From NCBI GenBank assembly GCA_965215565.1, contig CBDCDZ010000004.1, positions 1,888,001 through 1,952,000 on the forward strand: a stretch of DNA of 64,000 nt. Reading direction: 5' to 3'. The notes below the pieces were generated by a model. It was not told the DNA's origin. It ran no database searches and worked only from the letters and a program-made list of their open reading frames with translations. This DNA is from Trueperaceae bacterium (GTDB lineage: Bacteria; Deinococcota; Deinococci; Deinococcales; Trueperaceae). A program made the translations under genes and the position numbers. Each line of letters starts with the position of its first letter. Position 1 is the first letter of the stretch. Positions 54,707 through 63,566 of this stretch are shown here, piece by piece.

Positions 54707-54718
54707 GGGAGCGTTAGT

Positions 54719-54983
54719 ATGGCTCGAGTTACGCTTTACACGACCCCCGGTTGCCCCGACTGCGCAGCGGTTAAGCGCTTTTTAGAGCAACAAGGCGTTG
54801 CGTTTCAAGAGAAAGACGTGAGCCAAGATGGAGGGAGCGTGGTTTGACGAGATGAAAGCGGTGTCGGGCGTGCGTATTGCGCCCGTTACGGTAGTTGAAA
54901 ATGAGGCGTTCTACGGTAGAGTCGAGAGGCAGAGGCGAGGGTTGGAGCGAGCCCTCACCTACTTTGAAACGGAAGAGACTTGA
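54719..54983 (+). pseudogene. Glutaredoxin/NrdH-like protein, frameshifted at ~54835
   Basis: MARVTLYTTPGCPDC...EKDV continues in another frame as EMKAVSGVRIAPVTVV. Confidence 0.75.
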
Positions 54984-55476
54984 TTCAGCGTCTTTTCGTT
55001 CCTGCTGGTATAGGGTTTTTCCTATCGGTCAGCACCGTGCTCTTTTCTCTTGTTTTATCCGATGCGCAAGCATTTGAGTTTCACGCCGTCCTGCTCACGC
55101 TGATTGCCAGCATCTACATCGGCTTTGCGCTGCAAGGCGGGAATCGTTGTGAGGTGGGGCTCGAGCTTACCGTGGCCGCAGCGTTCACCATCTTCGCGCT
55201 CATCGGACTGTGGCTCTCGCCCTGGTTTATCGTTCTCGGGCTCGCCCTGCACGGTGTTTGGGACTTCTTATACGGAATTGCACGATTTACTTATCCTTGC
55301 CAAGAGCGTTGGAGCTTACCATCGCAGATGGGCACGGCATAGTTTGCAAACTATGCCGTGCAAGCTCGTATTACATCACGGTCTTATCCACACCCCGGTG
55401 CCGCGGGTACATCCCTTTTTGCATAGTCTACGACGGTCTTGTGGCGGGATTTTTGTCCCTGTATCTCGTTCTATAA
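54980..55476 (+). pseudogene. Small membrane protein interrupted by a 100-bp MITE
   Basis: HGVWDFL|HHGLIHTPVP...YIPFC..YD is split by the 55271-55370 insertion and a further frameshift. Confidence 0.7.
55271..55370. mobile_element. 100-bp MITE with TTA target duplication
   Basis: TTA at 55268-55270 and 55371-55373, TIRs matching 11/14, internal perfect 30-bp palindrome at 55332-55361. Confidence 0.75.
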
Positions 55477-55493
55477 TCGAAGTGAGGTTGGAT

Positions 55494-55940
55494 GTGAAAA
55501 AACGTTTCATCGACAGGTATTTTTGGCAAGTCATCGCCGGGCTTGTGGTAGTTGGTCTAGGTATCAACGCGCTGGTCTGGTTCGCGCCAGGACGAGAGCA
55601 AGAGGTATCGACGGTACAAGAGTTGCCCTCGTATCCGGTTGAGCAAGTCGTGCAGGGGCGTGAACTGTACGCGGCGAACTGCGCCACGTGTCACGGGGCG
55701 AATGGTGCAGGCTACGCTCAGGCGGGCGTGCCTGCGCCCGCACTCAATGGTACGATGCACGCCTGGCACCACCCTGACGCGCAAATTGCGGGCTTCATCC
55801 GCAACGGAGTTGGGCAGATGCCAGCCGTCGGGCAGAATTGGACGGATGAAGAGATTGACGCCGTGCTCTCCTATGTCAAGCAGTGGTGGGAGCCGGAACA
55901 GTTGGCTGAGCAGACGGAACGCTCGGCGCAGAATCCGTAA
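55494..55940 (+). CDS. Membrane-anchored c-type cytochrome
   Basis: GAGG RBS, GTG start, TM helix, CATCH, H.WHH.D and MPA. Confidence 0.85.
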   Translation: MKKRFIDRYFWQVIAGLVVVGLGINALVWFAPGREQEVSTVQELPSYPVEQVVQGRELYAANCATCHGANGAGYAQAGVPAPALNGTMHAWHHPDAQIAGFIRNGVGQMPAVGQNWTDEEIDAVLSYVKQWWEPEQLAEQTERSAQNP

Positions 55941-56159
55941 ACCGAGTCATTGGACGAGGTTAGCGAACGCGAGAATCGGAAGAACGGCGAAGCGGACTGT
56001 CTATAGCAGCAGACATGGAGGAGACTCCGTCAAGTCTCCTCCATCTTCTCTCACCGCAACGGAACTTCATCACAATCAAGTGCGTGCTACGTTTCTGAAA
56101 GCTGCTCCGCGGAAGCGAGCAGTCTGAAAGCCCGTAGGGACGCAAGTTTACTGCCTAGT

Positions 56160-56205
56160 AACGACATTTTTCAAAGTGAGAGTGTCCCAAACCAGATGAC
56201 TATAG
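56160..56205 (+). repeat. Hairpin repeat family, degenerate partial copy
   Basis: AAAGTGAGAGTGTCCCAAACCAGATGA-CTATAG matches the reverse complement of 46622 with a 6-nt deletion. Confidence 0.5.
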
Positions 56206-56349
56206 TGCCCCTGCCCTCTAGGGGTATACTTGCTATTTGTACGCTCAGTTAAACTGCCGCGTGAGTCTGTTGCACACCTCTTCACAGCGGCGGCACGACT
56301 CCATGCAGACTTTACAGTGTTCGTGCATCTCGGCGTGCTGTTCGCACTC

Positions 56350-56525
56350 GTCGCCGTCAACGGAAGAGTAAGTCATACTAAGGGATGCCAAAGAAACTTT
56401 ACGAAGTCAAACTCAATAGTGAAGAACACCAGAAGCTAGAAGACCTAACGAGCAACGGTGAGGTAAAAGTGCGGGTATATAAGCGTGCTTGCATCTTGCT
56501 GTTAGCCGATAAAGGATATAAATAG
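56350..56525 (+). pseudogene. IS630-family transposase 5' fragment
   Basis: ATG 56385: MPKKLYEVKLNSEEHQKLE...VYKRACILLLADKG, cut by the 167-bp repeat. CCGTCAA upstream matches the end at 45680. Confidence 0.75.
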
Positions 56526-56687
56526 CAATTCCATGAGTCATTGCCACACCACTGATAGCGCTTATTTCTATTTGCAGAGAAGCCTTTAGCAGCTAGCGGA
56601 CCAGTGGGAACGAAGTGTTACGCAGTTTTCGCTTTTGCGAAACGCGGGACCACGCGGCGCACAGTGAGCCGTTATCTACGCGCGTTG
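56521..56687 (+). repeat. 167-bp repeat, inverted copy of 46433-46599
   Basis: One mismatch to the reverse complement of 46433-46599. Confidence 0.95.
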
Positions 56688-57077
56688 GGCTTCAAGCTCC
56701 ATGCAGTCGTGAGCGAGCGCGTGATGTTCGAAAAGTGGCTTTTCGCGCCTATCCACTCCGGTCTGCTAAGTGGGTAGCAAACGAGGTTATTCGCTCTGCG
56801 AAAACTGCGTCTCTGCGGGCTTTCAGAAAGCAGCACGCACATTTTGAGATGAAATTCTGTTAGCTCTGCGAATTAAGCCCGGGGAGGTCGTCCACCCAGA
56901 TACTGACCAGTTCGCCCGCCTCTGGGTTCTCGCTGAGCAGGTGACGAGCAGCTTAGCGTTAATTCACGAAAATTGATTCACAAAGAGAGGTAATGAGGGG
57001 ATGCGCCCGCTAAACCGTGCACTGCCGCGCAGAGAACGCACGCTCTCTGCGCTAACCTCTATTCAGGAGGCAACCTC

Positions 57078-57617
57078 ATGATTCGAAGGCTAACACTTTG
57101 CTACCTCACGCTGCTGGCGCTAGGCTCTACTCTCTCAGTCGGCGCGGCGCAAGATGCAGAGGGCGAGACGCTCGCGCTCACCAACGTCGGCGCGAGCGCC
57201 TGGCAGGTAACGGAGGCGAGCGAAGACATCGCCGAGCAGGGCGCTGACAACCCCGAGCTAACGCTAGCGGTTGGTACGCGCTACACTTTTGACGTAAGCG
57301 GCGTGAACAGCTCGGTCCACCCGTTCGACTTCCGCGCTGGCGATGACACCATCTTGCTATCGCAGAGCGGCGAGGGCGAGCTTGAAGGGGACGAGGCTAT
57401 CGGCTTTGAAGCCTCAGACGAGGCGGTGAGCTTCACGCTGACCCCTGACCTGGCTGATAGACTCGCGCGTTACCGCTGCACCGTCCACGCCAGTATGGTT
57501 GGTGATGTGGTGACCTCCGCAGCGGGTGCGGAAAGTGAGACCGGCGGCGACACGGAAAGCTCAGATGAAAGTGAGGCGGGCGCGTCAGACGAGGACGAAG
57601 ACAGCTCGAGCGATTAG
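57078..57617 (+). CDS. Secreted cupredoxin-like (type 1 copper) protein with acidic tail
   Basis: Signal peptide, HPF...YRCTVHASMVG ligand pattern (H, C, H, M). Confidence 0.7.
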   Translation: MIRRLTLCYLTLLALGSTLSVGAAQDAEGETLALTNVGASAWQVTEASEDIAEQGADNPELTLAVGTRYTFDVSGVNSSVHPFDFRAGDDTILLSQSGEGELEGDEAIGFEASDEAVSFTLTPDLADRLARYRCTVHASMVGDVVTSAAGAESETGGDTESSDESEAGASDEDEDSSSD

Positions 57618-57821
57618 CGCAGCAGGTTCCACGTAATAATCTTAGTCATGGCTCAAGTAGAAACCATTCAAACAGCAATCGAAGCACTTTCAGACGGAGA
57701 GTTTGCGCGTTTGCGGAGAAAAATGAAGAGCATCAGGATGAGCAGCTCGAGCAGAAAAGCGCCGGCGCAAGCAAAAAAAGAACAGCGAATGTAAGTCCGC
57801 TGTTCTTATTTTTACTTTAGA

Positions 57822-58175
57822 CTATCGAAGATTACCTCCGGCGGGATAATCATAACTGCCCGGACCTTGGTAGAGGTCCAAGTTTAGTGACGCTTTGTAG
57901 TCTCTATTGAGACTACAAATGCCTTCGAACGGACGTGTTCCATCAACGTGCAACTCAGCAAGCTGCACAAGAAATTGTTCGAGGAACAAAACCTTTCCTG
58001 TATCCAACTTAGGGGTAACCCTTCGTATGGATACCACCTTCTCACTGATGTACGCGCGCAGAACTGTTAAATCCAACCCTGGATGAGTTAGTAAGCAGTC
58101 TACTCCATCTTTATCTTGAGAGGTGATCTCAACTTGATAGTCTACTCCCTCGATTTTTATGGGATATTTACTCAT
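57822..58175 (-). CDS. Low-GC hypothetical protein
   Basis: 117-aa ORF in an AT-rich segment, no recognised motif. Confidence 0.5.
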   Translation of the reverse strand: MSKYPIKIEGVDYQVEITSQDKDGVDCLLTHPGLDLTVLRAYISEKVVSIRRVTPKLDTGKVLFLEQFLVQLAELHVDGTRPFEGICSLNRDYKASLNLDLYQGPGSYDYPAGGNLR

Positions 58176-58578
58176 TAGTTTTTATTTACTTTACAACTTA
58201 TAGCATATAGCTACGTAGACGATTCTACTCTACACGCTCGCAGCTTAGTGAAGTTAAGGTTGCGGTCTACTCTTGCATCTTGTTACTTTTGCAAGATTAA
58301 GGCAGTGTAAGCCTGCAACTCTATACCTTTGACAACGCATCCGTAGACGTGCCAGAGCACGACTTCAAAATATACTTCCTTTCTAGGTGTCGTTCACAAC
58401 TGCTACGTTGACCTCGTAGAAACTCGCCGTTCATTCTTGGATGAGCTTAGCGTCCTAATTTCAGGGGCTAGGTACTGCTTGACATCAAAAGGGCTCGCGT
58501 TACGCTATACTTTTCTATCTCGAGCCCCACCCGGCTCTTTCTTTTTGCCCCTTTCCTACGCTACTAAGACAGGCTTCC

Positions 58579-58655
58579 GCAGGTATCATCCTTAGTGTGC
58601 GTGCTAACTGACGCTCTTTCCAGTGAGCGCGTTTGTGACCAGATGATACCTGCTA
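58579..58655 (+). repeat. Hairpin repeat family, copy 6 (overlaps the rimO RBS)
   Basis: GCAGGTATCATC...GATGATACCTGC-TA-GGAG. Confidence 0.85.
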
Positions 58656-58663
58656 GGAGCCAC

Positions 58664-60016
58664 ATGTCTGGAAAAGTCGGTTTCGTAAGTTTAGGCTGCC
58701 CCAAAGCCTTAGTCGACAGTGAACGCATCCTCACCCAACTCCGTGCGGAGGGCTACACGGTCTCGCCCACCTACGACGAGGCGGATGTCGTGGTGGTCAA
58801 CACCTGCGGCTTCATCACGCCCGCCGTCGAGGAGTCTCTAGGCGCAATCGGTGAAGCGTTGGAACAAAACGGCAAGGTCATCGTGACGGGCTGCTTGGGC
58901 GAACGCCCCGAAGAGATTATGGAGCGCCACCCGAACGTCTTGGCGGTCACGGGACAAGCGGACGTCGAGGGCGTCATGGCGAACGTTCACAAGGTTGCGC
59001 CGCCTGACGAGAACCCCTTTACAAGCCTCGTGCCGCCGCAAGGCGTCAAGCTCACACCGCGTCACTATGCGTACCTCAAGATTGCCGAGGGGTGCAACCA
59101 CAAGTGCTCGTTTTGCATCATCCCGCAGATGCGCGGGTTGCAGGTCTCTCGCGACGCGGGCGACGTGCTCTATGAGGCGTATAGGCTGGTCTCGAGCGGC
59201 ACGAAAGAACTCATGGTCATCGCGCAGGACTCCTCGGCGTACGGCGTGGACATCCGCTACCGCGACTCCGAGTTTCAAGGGCGACAGGTGAAAGCGCACC
59301 TCGTTCCGTTGGTAGAAGAACTCGCGCAGATGGGCGCGTGGCTGCGGCTGCACTACGTCTACCCGTATCCGCACGTGAGGGGGCTCATTCCGCTGATGGC
59401 GGAGGGGAAGCTGCTCCCCTATCTGGATGTACCTCTGCAACACGCGAGCCCCAAGATTCTGCGCGCGATGCGGCGTCCGGGTGGGGCGAAGAGCCACTTG
59501 GAGACAATTCGCGAGTGGCGCAATATCTGCCCGGAGCTAGCGATTCGTTCAACGTTTATCGTTGGCTTTCCAGGCGAGACGGAAGAGGATTTTGAGTTGC
59601 TTTTGGATTTTTTGCGGGAGGCGCGGCTCGAGCGTGTCGGCGCGTTTACCTACAGCGAAGTGCCTGGCGCAGCGGCGAATCAGTTCCCTGGTCAAGTGCC
59701 CGAAGAGGTCAAAGCGGAGCGTTTAGAGCGGCTTATGACGCTTCAGCAAGAGATTAGTTTAGAGAAGAACCAGGCGAAAATTGGTCAAGAGGTTGACGTC
59801 ATCGTGGACGACTACGGCGACTTACCCGGTGACCTCATCGGGCGCACCAAAGCGGACGCCCCCGGCATCGACGGCACCGTGAGCGCCACCTCGGACGGGA
59901 CGGTTAAAATCGGTGACATCGTGAAGGTTAAAGTGACGGACGCCGACGCTTACGACCTCTTCGGCGAGGTTGTCTCGCAAGTCGCGTGGCGTCCAAACGT
60001 GCTCAGTATGGTCTAA
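58664..60016 (+). CDS. rimO: Ribosomal protein S12 methylthiotransferase
   Basis: [30 protein letters not shown] and TRAM domain. AGGAG before ATG 58664. Confidence 0.95.
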   Translation: MSGKVGFVSLGCPKALVDSERILTQLRAEGYTVSPTYDEADVVVVNTCGFITPAVEESLGAIGEALEQNGKVIVTGCLGERPEEIMERHPNVLAVTGQADVEGVMANVHKVAPPDENPFTSLVPPQGVKLTPRHYAYLKIAEGCNHKCSFCIIPQMRGLQVSRDAGDVLYEAYRLVSSGTKELMVIAQDSSAYGVDIRYRDSEFQGRQVKAHLVPLVEELAQMGAWLRLHYVYPYPHVRGLIPLMAEGKLLPYLDVPLQHASPKILRAMRRPGGAKSHLETIREWRNICPELAIRSTFIVGFPGETEEDFELLLDFLREARLERVGAFTYSEVPGAAANQFPGQVPEEVKAERLERLMTLQQEISLEKNQAKIGQEVDVIVDDYGDLPGDLIGRTKADAPGIDGTVSATSDGTVKIGDIVKVKVTDADAYDLFGEVVSQVAWRPNVLSMV

Positions 60017-60028
60017 GGTTTAGAGGGC

Positions 60029-60145
60029 AATAAAGCAGTTCACAGAAGTACTGAATTGGAATAGCGCAAGTATCATTCAAGAACGTGCGTGCCCGTCGAT
60101 GTCCCCTAATGTGGGACTGGCTCAAACCAAATGATACTTGCTATA
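60029..60145 (+). repeat. Hairpin repeat family, copy 7 (117 bp with flank)
   Basis: Near-identical to 22418-22534. Confidence 0.9.
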
Positions 60146-60183
60146 TAACTTAGGACTATAGATAGCTGTTGGCTTCTGCAAAA

Positions 60184-60236
60184 AGCAATGAGCAATGAGT
60201 CTAAAGATTTTTGCTCATTGCTCGTTTCTCATTGCT
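60184..60236. repeat. AGCAATG heptamer inverted-repeat cluster
   Basis: AGCAATG x2 facing CTCATTG-type units. Confidence 0.6.
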
Positions 60237-60245
60237 TAAAAAGAA

Positions 60246-61376
60246 CTAAAACCCCCGTCGGTTCAGCGGTCGCTCGGGCTCCTTCTCGCTGCTGCCTTGC
60301 ACGTCACCCTTCTTCTGCGTCAGCATGAGGCGGAATTCGTGCGAGCTGGTTGCCATCGCTAAAGCGTCCTCCATGCTGATCTGCCGCTCCAAGTAGAGGT
60401 CTACGAGATGTTGGTCAAAGGTTTGCATCCCGCGAATGTTATCGCCCAACATCGCCTCTTTGATGAGCGGCGTTTTGGTTTCGTCCTTGATGTAATCGCG
60501 GATAAGCGGGGTGTTGACGAGAATTTCTAGGGCGAGCACGCGCCCGGTGCTATCTGCCCTGGGCAAAAGCCGCTGGCTCATGATGCCTAAGAGCGACTCC
60601 GCCAACATGATGCGAATCTGGTCGCGCTCATGCGGCGGGAAGAAATCGATAATGCGGTTCACGCTGCGCACCGCGTCCAAGGTGTGGAGCGTGCTGAAAA
60701 CGAGGTGTCCCGTCTGGGCGGCTGAAATCGCCGCTTCGACGGTCTCTTTATCGCGCATCTCGCCGATCATGATGACGTCGGGGTCTTGGCGCATGGCGTA
60801 CTTGAGGGCGTGGACGAAGTTGTCGGTGTCGAGTCCGACTTCCCGTTGAATGACGAGCGAGCGCTGGTTGTGGTGCAAAATTTCGATGGGGTCTTCGATG
60901 GTGATGATGTTACGCGGGTAGCGGCGGTTGACAAAGTCCACCATCGTGGCGAGCGTCGTGGACTTGCCCGAGCCCGTCGGCCCGGTGACGAGGACTAAGC
61001 CGCGCGTTTGACTCGAGAACTCCGTCAAGACCGGCACGGGCAGCCCGAGTGTCTCAAAGCTCGGCACGATGTCGCCGACAACGCGCATAACGATGCCCAC
61101 CGAAGAGCGCTGCATAAAGGCGTTGCAGCGGAAGCGGGCGACTTGCGGAATAGAAAAGGCGAAGTCCAACTCGTGATGATGCTTAAATAGCTCGCGTTGC
61201 GGCTCGCTCATCATCGCGAGAGCGATCTGTTCGGTCTGTTGCGGCGTGAGGGGCGGGATACCCTCCAAAATCTGTAAGCTCCCGTCCACGCGCATGTGCG
61301 GCGGCGCACCCGCTTGCAGGTGAATGTCCGAAGCGCGCTGCGCCACCATCGTGTTAAGCATGTCGGCAATTTTCAT
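60246..61376 (-). CDS. pilT: Type IV pilus retraction ATPase PilT/PilU family
   Basis: ASDIHL, GPTGSGKSTT, TIEDPIE, RQDPDVIMIGEMRD and TGHLVFSTLH. Confidence 0.9.
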   Translation of the reverse strand: MKIADMLNTMVAQRASDIHLQAGAPPHMRVDGSLQILEGIPPLTPQQTEQIALAMMSEPQRELFKHHHELDFAFSIPQVARFRCNAFMQRSSVGIVMRVVGDIVPSFETLGLPVPVLTEFSSQTRGLVLVTGPTGSGKSTTLATMVDFVNRRYPRNIITIEDPIEILHHNQRSLVIQREVGLDTDNFVHALKYAMRQDPDVIMIGEMRDKETVEAAISAAQTGHLVFSTLHTLDAVRSVNRIIDFFPPHERDQIRIMLAESLLGIMSQRLLPRADSTGRVLALEILVNTPLIRDYIKDETKTPLIKEAMLGDNIRGMQTFDQHLVDLYLERQISMEDALAMATSSHEFRLMLTQKKGDVQGSSEKEPERPLNRRGF

Positions 61377-61435
61377 CTCCTCCTAGTTTGACGGAGCCGC
61401 GCGACTTAGCGTGTGAAATTCGTTGCCTTGTAAGG

Positions 61436-61502
61436 AGCAATGAGCACCGAGCAACGAGCAATGAGCCTAAAGGGTTTCACTCATTGCTTTCAACTCGTTA
61501 CT
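61436..61502. repeat. AGCAATG heptamer inverted-repeat cluster
   Basis: AGCAATG AGCACCG AGCAACG AGCAATG ... CTCATTG. Confidence 0.6.
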
Positions 61503-61728
61503 GTTTTCCGCTCATCAACCTTTTTGCAGCTTGTGCTACACTTCTCTATGGAGAAAAAACCTACCTCTTTACGGATGTTGGAGTCTCTATTCGAGTGCGA
61601 GCAGCCGCACGTGGGGGACCTTCTCGAGCGGTCACACGAGAATGAGCACGCCTTGCGGCGCTCCAGACCGAACATGGAGCGCCGCAGCGTTTCGCCCAAG
61701 GTTTCAACGCAACCTACTCAACAAGAGG

Positions 61729-62475
61729 TCAGTGAGCTAAGCCGATGAGGTGCGGCGCGGCGGCGCTGTAGCGGCTTTTACCGAAGCCACCGTAGAGTTG
61801 AACGTGCGTAAAGCCCACGTGGTAGAGCATCCGCTCCAATTCAAAGCGCGTGTAGTAGCGCTGCGTGAGCGTGCTCTTCTGCCGTCTTAAAACACCTTGT
61901 TCATCCACCCAGTCGAGGTAGTAGTGCGACGTGATAAGTTGCGCGTCCGGGTCGTGATGCTGTAATAGAAAGAGGTCGCCGTGCTCGCCGCCGACAGAGG
62001 ACCATTCGGGCTCGAGCCTCATCACCCCGAATTCTCCAAAATTCTCCCCATTCGGATTGTAGAGGTCAAACGCAAAGCGCCCACCGGGTTCTAAATGCTC
62101 CTTTACCGTTTGCAAAGTTGCGTTTTGGTCCGCGAGCGTGTAGGCGTGCATCAAGGTGTTAAAAGGCGCGATGACGAGCGGGAAGCGCTGCTCTAACCTC
62201 ACTTCGCGCATGTCACCTTGACGGTACGTCACGTTTTCTTGAAGCCCCGCCTCTACAAGCCGCGCCTGACCTCTTCCGATCATCTTGCCCGAAAGCTCTA
62301 TAGCGACAACCTCATGTTCCGCCCGCGCCAACGCCGCGCTCACCCTCGCGCTGCCCGCTCCGAGTTCTAAAACAGGGCTGCCGTAGTCGTCGGCTAAGCG
62401 CGTATAAAAGGAGAGGTCGTCTCTATAGTGAGCGTACTGCAGGTCGTAAAGGTCAGCTAAGAGGTCGTAATTCAC
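61729..62475 (-). CDS. Class I SAM-dependent methyltransferase
   Basis: VLELGAGSAR, GDMR and HLEPGGRF. Confidence 0.9.
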   Translation of the reverse strand: MNYDLLADLYDLQYAHYRDDLSFYTRLADDYGSPVLELGAGSARVSAALARAEHEVVAIELSGKMIGRGQARLVEAGLQENVTYRQGDMREVRLEQRFPLVIAPFNTLMHAYTLADQNATLQTVKEHLEPGGRFAFDLYNPNGENFGEFGVMRLEPEWSSVGGEHGDLFLLQHHDPDAQLITSHYYLDWVDEQGVLRRQKSTLTQRYYTRFELERMLYHVGFTHVQLYGGFGKSRYSAAAPHLIGLAH

Positions 62476-62490
62476 GCTTTGCCTCGAGCG

Positions 62491-62928
62491 TTATTGCGCA
62501 AAGACAAACGCAAGTTGCGCCTCCGCCGCCACCTCTTCACCCACAAGCGCCACCGCGCTCACCTTGCAGAGCCTGCGCCGAAAGAGAAGAATCTCGCCCG
62601 CCAAGCGGAGCTGGTCGCCAGGCACGACTTTACGTTTGAACTTCGCGCCGTCGATGCCTGCGAAGTAGCCGACTTGCCCCTCCTGAAGCCCGTCGCGCAC
62701 CGCCAAGCCCACCGCCGCCGCCTGCGCCAACGCCTCGATGATCATCACACCGGGCATCACGGGCTCTTGCGGAAAGTGCCCTTGGAAAAAGGCTTCGTTG
62801 TGCGAGACGTTTTTGAGGCATTCGAACGAGTCGCCCTCTTGTGAGACAAAGGCGTCCACCATCAGAAAGGGGTAGCGGTGGGGGAGGATGGCGCGGATAT
62901 CGACTTGTTGCTGTGTTTCGGGAGTCAT
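62491..62928 (-). CDS. fabZ: 3-hydroxyacyl-ACP dehydratase
   Basis: LPHRYPFLMVD and FFQGHFP..PVMPGV..IEALAQ. Confidence 0.96.
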   Translation of the reverse strand: MTPETQQQVDIRAILPHRYPFLMVDAFVSQEGDSFECLKNVSHNEAFFQGHFPQEPVMPGVMIIEALAQAAAVGLAVRDGLQEGQVGYFAGIDGAKFKRKVVPGDQLRLAGEILLFRRRLCKVSAVALVGEEVAAEAQLAFVFAQ

Positions 62929-63076
62929 AGAGGCAGTTTACCTTTAGATTTCACGAAGAGGTTGGACAAAAGGAGAGTCTTGTTAAACTTGGCGGGCTCG
63001 AGTACACTCACATTACCACTGGTCTGACTTCGCCCCAATTCAGTTTGTATACGCAGTCAAGCTGCTAAGGAGACGT

Positions 63077-63547
63077 GTGTCTGATGTTCGCAGGGAAGAT
63101 TTCACTGGCAACCTTTTTACCTTTCTCGTCGAGACCTTCGAAGGTCCACCGGAGTCCGCTAGCGCTTATTTAGATCAGAAGGCAGGGCTATTTGACACCC
63201 TCGAGCACCTCTCTGCAGCCCAAGCCTCACAACCAATCGCTGAAGGCGCAATCAGCATCGCTGCCCACGTCGAGCACATACGCTTTTACTTGAATGTCGT
63301 GGAGCAATTCATGAGTGGACGAACTGAAAAGGTGAATTGGGAAGACAGTTGGTGCGTTCAGAAGGTGACACCTGAGACGTGGTCAGCGTTGAAGCAAGAC
63401 TTGAAGGCTGCCTATACAAGCGTCACTAAAACGTTCGAAAGCATAGGCAAGTGGGAAGATGATGAAGTGGGTGACAGCCTAACGATTGTCGTCCATACGG
63501 CGTACCACTTGGGCGCGATTCGTCAAGTGGTTAAGGTGATCGTCTGA
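63077..63547 (+). CDS. DinB-like family protein
   Basis: SIAAHVEH and HTAYHLGAIRQ. Confidence 0.8.
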   Translation: MSDVRREDFTGNLFTFLVETFEGPPESASAYLDQKAGLFDTLEHLSAAQASQPIAEGAISIAAHVEHIRFYLNVVEQFMSGRTEKVNWEDSWCVQKVTPETWSALKQDLKAAYTSVTKTFESIGKWEDDEVGDSLTIVVHTAYHLGAIRQVVKVIV

Positions 63548-63566
63548 GCTTAAAGGAAAATACTGT

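Noticed and set aside
57648..57794. Short ORF MAQVETIQTAIEALSDGEFARLRRK resembling an antitoxin N-terminus
   Set aside because: It degenerates after ~25 codons and there is no toxin partner, too little to call.
58176..58200. TTTTTATTTACTTTACA as a correctly oriented Tn7 left end
   Set aside because: Only a weak match in AT-rich DNA, with no AGTCCAGAAC-type site and a flank (ACTTA) that does not match AATAT.
58595..58663. Extended N-termini of rimO (also 23309, 37799 and 55104 starts)
   Set aside because: Better starts with an RBS or -10 box exist at 58664, 23447, 37721 and 55494. The extensions run through repeats or neighbouring genes.
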